From contig CM035353.1 in assembly GCA_020137815.1 (NCBI GenBank), forward strand, positions 3,782,001 to 3,846,000: DNA of 64,000 nucleotides, in the 5' to 3' direction. Positions 50,723 to 64,000 of the stretch are shown piece by piece. The stretch's first letter is position 1. Every line of letters starts with the position of its first letter. Source of the stretch: Hormiphora californensis (taxonomy: Eukaryota > Animalia > Ctenophora). Under the pieces are notes generated by a model. That model worked only from the letters and a program-made list of their open reading frames with translations. It ran no database searches and was not told where the DNA came from. The position numbers were made by a program, and so were the translations under genes.

Positions 50723-53202
50723 CCCTTTGAGGGCGATAGGTCATATATGACACGGTCCATTCTAGACCGTCTGGAAGGCGTTACATGATGTCTAGGTGGC
50801 TAATTTTTTGTCACAAGCTAGTTTTAGGGATTTTGAACCCAAAACCACGTCCAAATCTGCTCGGAAAATCGAAGAAATTTTTTTATGGCCCTTCTCGGGA
50901 GGCTAATTTAGGCCTTTTTTTAAAAACCCCTCTCAAATTTTTGTCTTTGAGGGGCACAAATAATCCTTTGAAGGGATAAAACTACTTGACATAACAAACT
51001 GAATGCAAAAAACCGCATCAAAAAATATTGAAAATTGAATGAGTTATTAACGTTTTAGTCGTTGTATCATATATGACTCTATCGTCCGTAAGGGAATTCT
51101 AGTAACAAATGTCATTTGTGCAAAAGTATGGGTCCAATAGTCAAATTTTATGCTTTGAGGCAGTCTATAGCTATAATTTCTACAATCTTGAACGGTTTTT
51201 ACTAGAAAAATACCCCAAATTCTACATTTTGTATCATATATGACTCTATCGTCCCAATTGGTAAATTCTCCAAAAACATCCATAACTCGGGCTAGAAAAG
51301 GAGCTAAGAGTCAAACCAGGGCACTAAACTGTGTAGAATCATCGCATTAGTGGGGGTAGAGCACATATTTAGGTCGCTATCTTGCCCCCTAATTGAGATA
51401 ATTGGATAATTAGCCAATTATCTGTCCCGCGCATGCTAATAAATGAAACTTTGCTTTGGGAAGGAGTTATGAGGCAAATGGGGGCACTAAAATGTGTAGA
51501 ATCATCACATTAGTGGGGTTAGAGCACATATTTAGGTCTCTATCTGGACCCCTAATTGAGATAATTGGATAATTAGCTAATTAGTTGCCCTCCAGCGCTA
51601 AAAAATTAAATTTGGCGGAGTATACAAGACAAATGGGGGTACTAAAATGTGTAAAATCGTCGCCTTAGTGGGGGCAGAGCACATAGCTGAGTTTCTATTC
51701 CCGCTCCTAATTGAGATAATTGGATAATTAGCTAATTGACGGTTGCATAATGCCCCCTTTTCACCATATACCGTGGTTTCTGGCTAATCCTGAGCTCTTT
51801 TGTTCAATCTAAGGATCTTTTAGCATCCCTTTACCCAATTTGTATCACCTTTGACTCGTTTTACACACTAATATAGCACTCTATACAACCCTAGACACCG
51901 CCTTCAGCTCTTTAGAACCCTCTTGCTTAATCCTAGACCTCTCATAATTTCGAAATCCATACACCTTCCTGACCGATTTTTGGGATATCCTATTGCTCCT
52001 ACAAGACGTTCAACCCCTAATGTACTACAGTTTCCCATTTTTTATTATTGGAAACACAGTTTAGATTCCCCCTACGTTATTTCTCCTCATCACTCTCACA
52101 ATCTCATTTGCCACTAAGGAAACTTCTCATGAACTCCATCGGAAATAAAGATGATCTGTAGAAGGCGTTTAGTATGGTGTATGAGAGGACTAGCTAGGAG
52201 TAGGATTAAGCAAGAGGGTTCTAAAGAGCTGAAGGCGGTGTCTAGGGTTGTATAGAGTGCTATATTAGTGTGTAAAACGAGTCAAAGGTGATACAAATTG
52301 GGTAAAGGGATGCTAAAAGATCCTTAGATTGAACAAAAGAGCTCAGGATTAGCCAGAAACCACGGTATATGGTGAAAAGGGGGTATTATGCAACCGTCAA
52401 TTAGCTAATTATCCAATTATCTCAATTAGGAGCGGGAATAGAAACTCAGCTATGTGCTCTGCCCCCACTAAGGCGACGATTTTACACATTTTAGTACCCC
52501 CATTTGTCTTGTATACTCCGCCAAATTTAATTTTTTAGCGCTGGAGGGCAACTAATTAGCTAATTATCCAATTATCTCAATTAGGGGTCCAGATAGAGAC
52601 CTAAATATGTGCTCTAACCCCACTAATGTGATGATTCTACACATTTTAGTGCCCCCATTTGCCTCATAACTCCTTCCCAAAGCAAAGTTTCATTTATTAG
52701 CATGCGTGGGACAGATAATTGGCTAATTATCCAATTATCTCAATTAGGGGGCAAGATAGCGACCTAAATATGTGCTCTACCCCCACTAATGCGATGATTC
52801 TACACAGTTTAGTGCCCTGATTTGACTCTTAGCTCCTTTTCTAGCCCGAGTTATGGATGTTTTTGGAGAATTTACCAATTGGGACGATAGAGTCATATAT
52901 GATACAAAATGTAGAATTTGGGGTATTTTTCTAGTAAAAACCGTTCAAGATTGTAGAAATTATAGCTATAGACTGCCTCAAAGCATAAAATTTGACTATT
53001 GGACCCATACTTTTGCACAAATGACATTTGTTACTAGAATTCCCTTACGGACGATAGAGTCATATATGACACAGTGGGCCCAGCAAAAACTACATGTCGA
53101 AACTTCAAATTTCTTTTTCGAGGTAGTTTGTGGTAATAATATCTACTTATAAACGAAAAATTAGAAAAATCTATCGAGCCAATCCTTCTCGTCCTTAAAG
53201 GG
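50723..53202 (+). mobile_element. Uninterrupted 2.48-kb piggyBac-like non-autonomous element (diverged subfamily)
   Basis: ATAA|CCCTTTGAGGGCGA...TCGTCCTTAAAGGG|TTAA; end A ~330 bp, ~880-bp inverted arms, spacer, end B ~130 bp; homologous throughout to 17060-32116. Confidence 0.92.
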
Positions 53203-53516
53203 TTAAAGGGCATTTTTAATAAGCTGGAACGAAAGGGCGCCCACCCGGTACCACTTGGAGAATATAAAGGAATAGCTGCCATAAAGATAGGATCGAAAGC
53301 AATTAACAGTTATATATTAATCGATGATAACACCCAGGTAAAATGCTGGCCCTTTACTTCAGGAAACCAAACATAATGAATAATTAATTAACTGAGGTGG
53401 AGGCGCCACACAGAGGAGGTGCGGGAGGCTGAGGCCTCTACTGAACAGCAGCCTCAAGAGGGGGGGGGGGCAACCAGGCCCCAAGAGGGGAGACTGAGGC
53501 CTCAAATAAGGGCGCT

Positions 53517-53855
53517 GTGCCCAGGAGGAGAGTGTATCCCTTAAGGGGAGTCCTCTTCGACCTCCGAGGGTGGTGCACAGTCACCATCCAGGAGGTCGAG
53601 GAGGACCTGCCTGAGTTTGTCAGGCAAACGGCCGAAGATCTTGGAAATTTCCAGTACGGGCTCCTCTGGGAGCTCGCCCGCCGCCTCCAGGAATTAGGTT
53701 GCAGGGGGCGGCGGATGGAGGAGCCGAGGCGATACCTTTGTGTCGCCTTGAAGAACTTGGGGGTCCAAATGGACGAGGTGCATATCGGGTGGATGGGCCT
53801 CGGGGTGCCACCGCGGATCGCAGTACATCAGCAGCTGTCTGAGCTGTGTACATAA
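53517..53855 (+). pseudogene. Unidentified ORF remnant repeated in decayed tandem copies (also ~56680-56925, 57255-57500, 58585-58850, 59215-59470)
   Basis: RRVYPLRGVLFDLRGW...EEDLPEFVRQTAEDLGNFQYGLLWELARRLQELGC; other copies show frameshifts and deletions; acceptor ctcctctttttcAG upstream in three copies. Confidence 0.45.
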
Positions 53856-54591
53856 ACAAACATGATAAAGAAACAGGCATATAAAGATAGTATAGGATCG
53901 GAAGCGATAAAGAATTTATTTTATGGATTTATCACATATATAATTGCGTTGATTGTCCATTACAACACGACAGTGATTTTTGTACCGGTGTACTACATAA
54001 TATTTACTAGGCTATCACAGCTTTCAGGAAAGAGATCTTCCTGACAGGTGACCAGAAGATGGCCTGCCAAACTGTACTAAAGAACAATCCGTGGTTATTG
54101 CCTGGATGGAAAAAAGGTGATAGGACCCATCTTCCACGCTCGGTGGCTCACAAGAGCTACGAGGATAATGAGGGCTTTTCTGAGCTTTTCTGAGCTTTTC
54201 TGAGACGGTTGATTTCGGACGATGTGATTGCAACTTTGCCTCCGAAAGAACTGGCCAAGTACCTGAAGGATCGAAAAGATAAAAAGAAGAAAGTCGGTGC
54301 AACAGTGTAACCAACTGATTACATATACAGGGGCCCAATCAATACACTGGTGCAGGGTGACGTTCATACTCGACCACTTGTCAAGGTAACACTAACATAT
54401 TAAAATATAAATACATGCCTTTACATTATAAAAAACATTCCAACTTAACTAAAGTTTATTAATAATATTTACTTTATTTAGTCCAAAAACCAATTAAATA
54501 AATTAGTTTGGATGCCCGGGCCCATCTGGTGTCACGGGGGTAACACCTTTAGACTACTGCCATAATTAACGGCATATCTCGTTAATTGTTA

Positions 54592-54789
54592 CAGTCGGAC
54601 CCCGATTTAGTAGCATCCTCGGGGGAAAAAATCCTGCCACTAAATCGGGGTGCCACTAAATCGGGTTCAAATAATGTTAATTTTCGTACATTGGGAGAAA
54701 AAAAATCCTGCCACTAAATCGGGGTTTGCCAAGTTAGACTGTTTTTCGCGCGCCACTAATTCGGGGGCCACTAAATCGGGGTCCGACTG
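54592..54789. mobile_element. CAGTCGGACCCC MITE nested in the previous element
   Basis: TA|CAGTCGGACCCCGATTTAG...CTAAATCGGGGTCCGACTG|TA. Confidence 0.9.
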
Positions 54790-54824
54790 TAATTGTTATC
54801 CTTCAATCTGTCTATCTTTATCTA

Positions 54825-54972
<148 letters not shown>

Positions 54973-55238
54973 ACTGTTTCTTTCACTATATCTCTCTTTT
55001 TTCTCTCTCCTCTTACTTATCTCTCCGTCTTTCTTGATTATATCTCACCCTTTCTATCCTAATTTCCTTAGCCTTTATCTCTCTGATCGATATCCATCAT
55101 TTATGACAGTTATAGCCTGAAGGTGTTACCCCCCGTGACACCACATGGGCCCGGGCATCCAAACTAATTTATTTAATTGGTTTTTGGACTAAATTTCTGT
55201 TCTTTTTGGTGTAAAATAGAAAATATTATTATATATTA

Positions 55239-56067
55239 CTAGAGTACCCGTTTGCTGGGAACCCGTGACCTGGTAAATGGTAATTTATCCTCATATAACT
55301 GGTGACATTTGTGTTTGATTTTTAAAAGATAAATTAATTTGTTTGTTCCTTAGAGCAATGAGTCTCATAGTAGGAGCGCGTTACAATTTTGGCGAGGCGG
55401 GTAAATCATTTACTGTAACACGCGAATTTTCCCGAAAAAGCGCTGCTTTTTTACGCCGCGCGCGGAACCTAGAATTACGCAGTGTAAAATTTTAAAATTC
55501 ATTGTATTGAAAATTTCCTCGCCAAAAAAAAGTCGACGAAAAATTCCAAATTCGTGAATTTAGAATTATAAGAACTCCGGTCAGTTCTCATCTTGCCAAT
55601 CCGTTTTCCGGGAACCCCTGGCCAAAGGACATTAAAATTCACATAACGACCAAGTTTCATATCGATTGGATAAGATTTTGGGTGGCTACGGTGAAAAATA
55701 TCGTATTTTTGGCATTTTTAACTTTCCCGACGCGATTTACGACCCTTAAACATTGAGTTACGGGAAATCGCTATCATGTAAAATGAAGTTCAAACGATTC
55801 TCTTTCCCCAGTATTGCGTTAGTTTTTTGATTTAGAGCCGTTTTCAGGGTCTTAGAAGCGTTTGAAAAATGTAAGTCTTTTTGTCGCAATGACGTCACCC
55901 CGTGACGTCACTGTTGTAAAGATCGGATCAAAAATCTGAGCCCGTACTTACACCCGCCTTGGTCCAAAGTACCAGTGTACAAATTTTCAGGGGTCTAGCT
56001 CAAAAACTGTAGGAGGAGTAGGGAGAAAACAATTATCGGACTAACATTTTGGAATTTATTATATGGA
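55239..56067 (-). mobile_element. Non-autonomous Helitron-like element
   Basis: Minus strand reads A|TCCATATAATAAA...cacgggttcccagcaaacgggtactCTAG|T: 5' TC, 3' CTAG, weak subterminal GC hairpin, A/T target, no TSD. Confidence 0.7.
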
Positions 56068-56929
56068 TTATATAATATGTATCAGGCTTGCAGAACTATA
56101 ACCCCACCACTCAGTATATTATAGGATCACTTCTGACCAACCTCTTGTTTTTCAGGTTTACTTCCCGGCACACATGAAAACAGCTGGTTGTGGCACTATA
56201 TTTATAAATGCAATAAAGGCGAATAGTGACGACAACACTAGCAGCTGCGACATGGCGTTATAGTTAAAACTTTAATTTTATGTGTAATAATAAAAGTAAC
56301 AGAAACAAAGCATCTGTACTGAGTTGTAACACGTACGTTCGTTGTACGTACGTTGTCGGCCCCAAATGGGTTATAAAGGATAGGGAGGTAGAACCCGCGG
56401 GGGATCCTTTAGTAAAAACCCAAATGATGGGGGAGAGGATGGGGGAGATGACGACCGAAACTAATAATCGTTTCAGAACGGTAGCGATCATGATGATATC
56501 GCAGTTTCTGATAATGACCAGCAGTCCCCAGAGGGGGACAGAGACTATCGAAGAGGTAGAGGAGGCCCTGCCCCAAATGGGGCTGGAGGCAAGAGCCTTT
56601 GATCAGCAGGAACAGGGGGCGAGTGGGGCAGAGGCCCTTACGGGTAACATGACCCAGGAAGGGAGCTTTCCCAGAGAGAGGAGGGTATATCCCTTGAGGG
56701 AGGTCCTCTTCGACCTCCGAGGGTGGTGAACACTGCACACTGTGCAGTGTGCAGAGCACACTGCACACTCACCATCCAGGACGTCGAAGAGGACCTGCCT
56801 GAGTTTGTCAGGCAAACGGCCGAAGATCTCACAAACTTCCAGTACGGGCTCCTCCGGGAGCTCGCCCGCCGCCTCCAAGAATTAGGTTGCAGGGGCGGCG
56901 GGTGGAGGAGCCCAGGCGGCACCTGTGTG

Positions 56930-59900
56930 TCCTGGTCTATTTGTGGCGATGGTTACACGCGTCCAAAAGGGTTATAAAGGATAGGGTAAGGGAGGTAGAA
57001 CCCACGGGGGATCCTTTAGTAAAATACCCGAATGATGGGGCGATGATGGGGGAGATGACGACCGAAACTAATAATCGTTTCTCCTCTTTTTCAGAACGGT
57101 AGCGATGATAATATCGCAGTTCCTGATAAATTACCAGCAGTCCCCAGAGGTAAGTCCCCAGAGGCAAGAGCCTCTGATCAGCAGAAACAGGGGGCGAGTG
57201 GGGCAGAGGCCCTTACGGATAACATGCCCCAGGAAGGTAGCTTTCCCAGAGAGAGGAGGGTATATCCCTTGAGGGAGGAGGTCGAATTTATCAGGCAGAC
57301 GTCTGAGAATTTGACCAAATTTCAGTACAGGCTCCTCCAAGAAATTGGGTGCCGGGGCGGCGGGTGGAGGAGCCCAGGCGATACCTTTGTGTCACCTTGA
57401 AGCACCTGGGCGTCCAGATGGACGATGTGCAGATCGGGTGGATGGGCCTCGGGGTGCCACCACGGATCGCAGTACATCAGCAGCTGTCTGGGCTGTCTGA
57501 GCTGAACTGAGCTGAACTGAGCTGTCTGAGCTGTACTATACATAAACAAACATGATAAAGAAACAGGCATATAAAGATAGGATCGGAAGCGATAAAGAAT
57601 TTATTTTATGGATTTATGAGATGTATTGTGTTGATTGTCCATTACAACACAACAGTGATTTTTGTACCGGTGTACTACATAATATTTACCAGGCTATCAC
57701 AGCTGTCATGGGAAGGAGATCTTCCTGACAGGTGTCCAGAAGATGGCCTGCCAAACTGTACTAAAGAACAATCCGTGGTTATTGTTGTTTTGTTCTAAGA
57801 GTCTCACTTGGCAAGGTTATTGCCTGGACGGAAAAAAAGGGTGATAGGGCCCATCTTCCACGCTCGGTGGCTCACAAAAGCTACGAGGATAATGAGGGCT
57901 TTTCTGAGCATAGACGAGAACGATGAACAGCTGGTTGTGGCACTATATATTTATAAACGCAATAAAGGCGAATAGTGACGACAACACTAGCAGGCGACAT
58001 GGCGTTATAGTTGAAACTTAAATTTTATGTGTAATAATAAAAGTAACAGAAACAAAGCATCTGTACTGAGTTGTAACAGTTCCTCTAATTTCAAAATATC
58101 CCTACAGGGTCCCGGTTAGACGATTCCCTAACCCTTTTACCCACACACCCCCAACATTCAGAGATGGGAAGACGGATGTGGAGGCGAACCTTATAGAGAT
58201 CTCTAAAAAGATTTCTAAAATCCCAATCCCTAAAGCCATATCCGTTGGGCTAAACCATAGGGTGAAATAATTAAGGTTTAAGAAGGATACATTATAGATA
58301 ATAACAAAGATATATAAATTCTCTATCAAGATCGTCTAAACAAGGACGTGACACGTATGAACTAATAATCGTTTCTCCTCTTTTTCAGAACGGTAGCGAT
58401 GATAATATCGCAGTTCCTGATAATGACCAGCAGTCCCCAGAGGGGGACAGAGACTATCGAAGAGGTAGAGGAAGCCCGGCGCCAAATGGGGACGGAGGCA
58501 AGAGCCTCTGATCAGCAGGAACAGGGGGCGAGTGGGGCAGAGGCCCTTACGGATAACATGCCCCAGAAAGGGAGCTTTCCCAGAGAGAGGAGGGTATATC
58601 CCTTAAGGGGGGTCCTCTAGTTCGACCTTCGAGGGTGGTGCACAGTTACCGTTCAGGAGGTCGAGGAGGACCTACCTGAGTTTGTCAGGCAAACGGCCGA
58701 AGATCTCACAAACTTCCAGTACGGGCTCCTCCGGGAGCTCGCCCGCCGCCTCCAAGAATTAGGTTGCAGGGGCGGCGGGTGGAGGAGCCCAGGCGGCACC
58801 TGTGTGTCGCTTTGAAGCACCTGAGGTCCATCGATGGATGGACCTCGGGGTGCTGGTAGGGGTAATAATATGCTGGTTGGGAGGACTCACAGGGGTCCTG
58901 GTCTATTTGTGGCGATGGTTACACGCGTCCAAAAGGGTTATAAAGGATAGGGTAAGGGAGGTAGAACCCACGGGGGATCCTTTAGTAAAATACCCGAATG
59001 ATGGGGCGATGATGGGGGAGATGACGACCGAAACTAATAATCGTTTCTCCTCTTTTTCAGAACGGTAGCGATGATAATATCGCAGTTCCTGATAATTACC
59101 AGCAGTCCCCAGAGGTAAGTCCCCAGAGGCAAGAGCCTCTGATCAGCAGAAACAGGGGGCGAGTGGGGCAGAGGCCCTTACGGATAACATGCCCCAGGAA
59201 GGTAGCTTTCCCAGAGAGAGGAGGGTATATCCCTTGAGGGAGGAGGTCGAATTTATCAGGCAGACGTCTGAGAATTTGACCAAATTTCAGTACAGGCTCC
59301 TCCAAGAAATTGGGTGCCGGGGCGGCGGGTGGAGGAGCCCAGGCGATACCTTTGTGTCACCTTGAAGCACCTGGGCGTCCAGATGGACGATGTGCAGATC
59401 GGGTGGATGGGCCTCGGGGTGCCACCACGGATCGCAGTACATCAGCAGCTGTCTGGGCTGTCTGAGCTGAACTGAGCTGAACTGAGCTGTCTGAGCTGTA
59501 CTATACATAAACAAACATGATAAAGAAACAGGCATATAAAGATAGGATCGGAAGCGATAAAGAATTTATTTTATGGATTTATGAGATGTATTGTGTTGAT
59601 TGTCCATTACAACACAACAGTGATTTTTGTACCGGTGTACTACATAATATTTACCAGGCTATCACAGCTGTCATGGGAAGGAGATCTTCCTGACAGGTGT
59701 CCAGAAGATGGCCTGCCAAACTGTACTAAAGAACAATCCGTGGTTATTGTTGTTTTGTTCTAAGAGTCTCACTTGGCAAGGTTATTGCCTGGACGGAAAA
59801 AAAGGGTGATAGGGCCCATCTTCCACGCTCGGTGGCTCACAAAAGCTACGAGGATAATGAGGGCTTTTCTGAGCATAGACGAGAACGATGAACAGCTGGT

Positions 59901-60031
59901 TGTGGCACTATATATTTATAAACGCAATAAAGGCGAATAGTGACGACAACACTAGCAGGCGACATGGCGTTATAGTTGAAACTTAAATTTTATGTGTAAT
60001 AATAAAAGTAACAGAAACAAAGCATCTGTAC
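56930..60031 (+). repeat. Recent direct duplication (56930-~58070 vs 58896-60031, offset ~1965 bp) within a decayed tandem cluster spanning ~53390-60031
   Basis: Identical ORF translations at 57131/59096, 57322/59287 and 57616/59581. Confidence 0.93.
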
Positions 60032-61680
60032 TTAGTGTTGACTGTCGAGAGAATTCTCTCAGTTCAGGAGATTCAGTATATTAAAATTAAGGATGTAATG
60101 TAAATGGTTTTGTCACGCTATACCAACAAACAGTATTACATTCTGAACACACACGGCCAGTGAAGTGACACTAAACACGTGGAAATGTGGAATATTGCTA
60201 CATTGCAACCACCACAGAGGTCAAAATAATGAGATATTTTATTTCAAAACAACACGCCTGTTGGCGTGAGAAAGTAACATTAAAATGACGCCAGTTAGTT
60301 CATTGATATGTCTACAACTAAGAAAAATATTTATGTAAAATACTAAAATCTATCAACACCCGAAGATGAGGCCGAAAGCTCAAAGAATAAGTATTATTTT
60401 ACGAAACTAGGGGAATTTCAACTTAGTGGGTGAAATGGGGGGGGGGAGGGGAGTCCCAAGAGGATTCTTGATAGAATCGACCAGATACATATACTTTATT
60501 TACAATTATTTCAGACAATTAATTAATTAAGAACTTCAAAAGATGGTCAATATAAATGGATGGTTGCAATGACGAAAGAACTATAAAAAATACAATTCAG
60601 AATAATTAGCTAAATATGACCACCTTGAAGGAATATCAAGTGAGGAGATAAGGATGGTCAATAAAAGACTTTAATCTCCGATGAGGTCAAACTAATTAGT
60701 TTATCCATCTAGTGATATTATCCTTCATGAGCGACTAAAATGGTCCCCTCATTTAGAGAAGGTAAAGTTTGAGACTCAGGCGCTGATCCTGTATAATTAC
60801 CTAATCAAGCTTAATTAACTGGGGTTAAAAGCCTCAGCAATTCACTACTCTGGTGGGACTATTTTGCCAAAATCCTTTCGGGGCAATTTAGGCAAACTGT
60901 TATCGTCAGATTTACAAGACCGTCCGCTTACTTTAAGGTAAGTAAGGTTAATGTATGTAAATCTGATTAAATAATATAAAATATGTTTTATTGAGTACTC
61001 GTTTATATTCAACACAATCACCCCCAGCCAGCCCCACTCCCCGATGGAATCCGACACCCCTAACGCACCCTCAGCACCCTACTGTGAGTCAGTATTAGTG
61101 AAGGATGCTGGGATATTTACCCTGAGTTCGCAGTGGCAATGTATTGTGTGAAAATTCATTTTCCCATACACATGGAAATGAAGGAGCTATATAATGGAAT
61201 GGCATATTATGCAATTCACTAGAATTTAATTGGTACAATGGTAATATGGATATCGGATATCGGATGAATAAATTGTTATTAATGATTAATGAACTATAAT
61301 TGTTAATGAATTAATCGTTATTCCGAAACTGATCCCGCCCCCGGAAATGGGTGAAATCAGTGCTCAAAAACAAAACAGAATCGCGGAGCTGAGAACAATT
61401 ATATTGGTACTGTCTCACGGCTTCATTTCGTAAGTTGACCTGTATTAAAAATAAATAAAGATAAAGTATTAACGTACCTAGAAAAATAGAAATGGTATGC
61501 ATGAAGACCAGGAAATTGGCATGGAATTTGGCCCAGAGCACCTTCTAAAGGAAATTACGGTAGTGAACACTAGGCGCAGTGTTCCTGTCCCCCGAAGTGA
61601 AGAAACTTGTGATGAAAAAGATATTCAACAATGCGTTCTTTGCCCACCCAGATCATGTTACAGGATGTTTCTGTTACAGG

Positions 61681-61784
61681 ATGTTTCTCAATGAGAACAA
61701 TACGTATTGTTCTCATTGAGAAACATGCTTTGAGGCGGATGTTTCTCAATTAGTACTAATTGAGAAACATCCGCCTCAAAGCAT
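61681..61784. repeat. Two abutting perfect spacer-less palindromes (46 bp and 60 bp)
   Basis: 61681-61726 centred on aatac|gtatt; 61725-61784 centred on ttagt|actaa. Confidence 0.92.
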
Positions 61785-63440
61785 ACAATCATTTTATAAC
61801 ACTAGTTAGCATTTTATTTATTAATAATTGGGGTCTACTTAGTATTACAACTTAATAGAACCCTGCCTGTAGAAAAGGATTTCACCCATGATAAATAAGA
61901 CGGATAGGTAATTTGCAGAATCTCACGACCTTTTCTTTGCAGGATCCCCCCGCACTACGGTATGTCTCACCCACATACCAGTCCGGACCGAGGAGTATGA
62001 CCCTTACTACTCTACCAGGGGTCACCCCCACCCCTATATTCACCCCAACTTGGAGATTTTATCAAACACGAATCACTGAGTCCCCTCATTGTGGAAGGAA
62101 TCAGAGGCATGATCATTATCAGAAGATTCAGATACCTCAGGGAGACGTTAATGTTCCCTTATTGGGATGCTAACTCAGCTCCATAATCAAAATCATAATA
62201 TGCAGTTTGCCTTTTTTGAAGACATCAAGGATGCAATGAGAAGCATCGTAATCAGGCGATCAAGATATCTCAGGGAAACGTGTGATTGGATCAAGACGGG
62301 AATATCGTCTCTGTTTCATAATATATGGAGGAGTGCCTATAACCGTCATCCACCTCAAAACACATAATCATTTTATAAAAATAAGGGAGGTATTCCCCAC
62401 ATATATCTTATAGACGAGATCTCGGCCATGAAAGTAAGCGAGGACGAAAAAGCAAAAATTAATGACAATAACATATGAAATCAGGAGAAAGTGAAGAACA
62501 TCTCCAAACTCAAATCGTTCCACTCCAATCAGGAACGGTAAGAACAGAAGCATGAGCAGGGAAGATCAACCGAATAGAGAAGAACTGAGGGACCGCAATC
62601 TCCTCCAAAAAACCGAGCGATACAATTTAACTAATTAACCTATCTGATTGTAATTATATGCATTAAATGATAATGGTTGCCATTTTAATACCAGTGGTTT
62701 CTTGTCCCCCCACCCCATGTAAAACAATTAATTGCTTTACTTTTCAGGCCAAAAGCAACATATAAAGTAAGGACCTGAACACCTGCTCAGAGAAATGTAC
62801 CTAGTAAAAACGGAGGTGTTTCTCAAGCCCGATCAGGTACAGGAAAAGGTAATGAAGAAGATAAGGTGGAATTTGCTGGTTCACCCACCCAGACTTCATT
62901 ATCCCATCAATGAGAGAGTTGACCAGATATATATTACGTTATTTACAATTATTTCAGCTAATTAATTAATTAAGAACTTCAAAAGATGGTCAATATAAAT
63001 GGATGGTTGCAATTCTTCTTGAAGCAATGACGAAAGAACTAGCTACATATAAATATGTAATACAGTTCCGAATAATAAGCTAAATATGAAGGAATATCAA
63101 TGGAGGAGATAAGGATATTGGTGAAGTCAAGAGACTTTATTATCCAATAAAATCAAACTTATGAGAGACTCAGGCGCTCCTGCATAATCTAATCAAACTT
63201 GCAGGGAATCAACAATGGGGGTCCAGTTTCAGGGATTTTTTACCACCTCAAAAAGATCTTAAAAAGAAGACTACAGCTATGTGCATGCAGTCTTCTGCAC
63301 CGATATAAATAAGGTATGTAAATATTATGATTTATTTTAATCTGATTAAATAATGTAAATATGTCATTTATATTCAACAATTAGCGAATTATTCCTCCCC
63401 TATTGAAATAGTTAACAATCACCCTCAGCTTACTCAGATT

Positions 63441-63765
63441 ACAGGGGCGTCGACACGGGTATGGCAGGTATGGCGGCCGCCATACCTGGAATTCCCAGAC
63501 AACGGTGAATTTCTTGGGAAAATGCTTTAAAATGCTTGCTCAAACAAAAAATTTTCCGGGGGCTTCGCCCCCTGAACCCCGGCTGAGGGGCTTCCCAAAA
63601 AAGAAAAGAGAAAAGGGAGATAAATACTGCTATATTTGTATACGCTCGCTGGTGATATCAGTTTAAAATACACAGGGAAAGATTGTTCAAGATATAACAA
63701 TTAGTTATTGGAAAAATGCTTAAAATTGCTTGCTTATACGAAAAATTTTCCGGGGGCTTCGCTGG
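63441..63765 (+). mobile_element. Possible truncated hAT-type MITE (one end only)
   Basis: CAGGGGCGTCGACA start, GGTATGGC repeats, duplicated aaaattttccgggggcttcgc; no matching right TIR seen. Confidence 0.35.
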
Positions 63766-64000
63766 TCACTCGCACCGCAATCTGATAAAGCACGCGGTTT
63801 TAAGGACTCCTTGAATCCATATAATATTATCTATTATACTATAAAGCAGGAAATATTGTAATGATATGACGGACCCTCACGATTTTACATTACTTCCCCT
63901 GATAGTAGTCGTATTCGTCGAATAAAACATGTCTCAAGCGAATGAGGGCTTACACGGTATAGTGAACAAGGCGCGGTGTTCCTGTCCTCCGAAGTGAAGA

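Larger units (their letters stand above)
60478..64000 (+). repeat. Older direct duplication, offset ~2.4 kb
   Basis: 60478-61030 aligns with 62921-63425 (tttacaattatttcag...aagaacttcaaaagatggtcaatataaatggatggttgcaat); aggcgc(a/g)gtgttcctgtcc...cgaagtgaaga at 61572 and 63969. Confidence 0.8.

Overview
Repeat-dense eukaryotic (animal) DNA with GT-AG introns and no operons, rRNA, complete tRNA or CRISPR. The CAGTCGGACCCCGATTTAG MITE resembles one I recall from pleurobrachiid ctenophores (unverified). Most of the window is nested non-autonomous DNA transposons (Tc1/mariner-, piggyBac-, MULE/Merlin- and Helitron-like), decayed Gag and hAT-type transposase fragments, and local tandem duplications. 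Several insertions are supported by an empty site elsewhere in the window. One convincing host gene is present at 44603-47151: a secreted SRCR + VWC-like + six-ShKT protein with a (STDQEGT)n spacer and a disrupted 5' frame. The standout is 19190-29875, about 21 copies of a 494-bp unit that can be hand-folded into a branched rod with G-U pairs. The array has an inverted left segment, is flanked by a 13-bp target duplication, and sits in a piggyBac-like element that itself inserted into a sister copy. This layout fits a reverse-transcribed multimer of a structured circular RNA (retrozyme/viroid-like), but I found no canonical ribozyme core by eye. All alignments and folds were done by eye.
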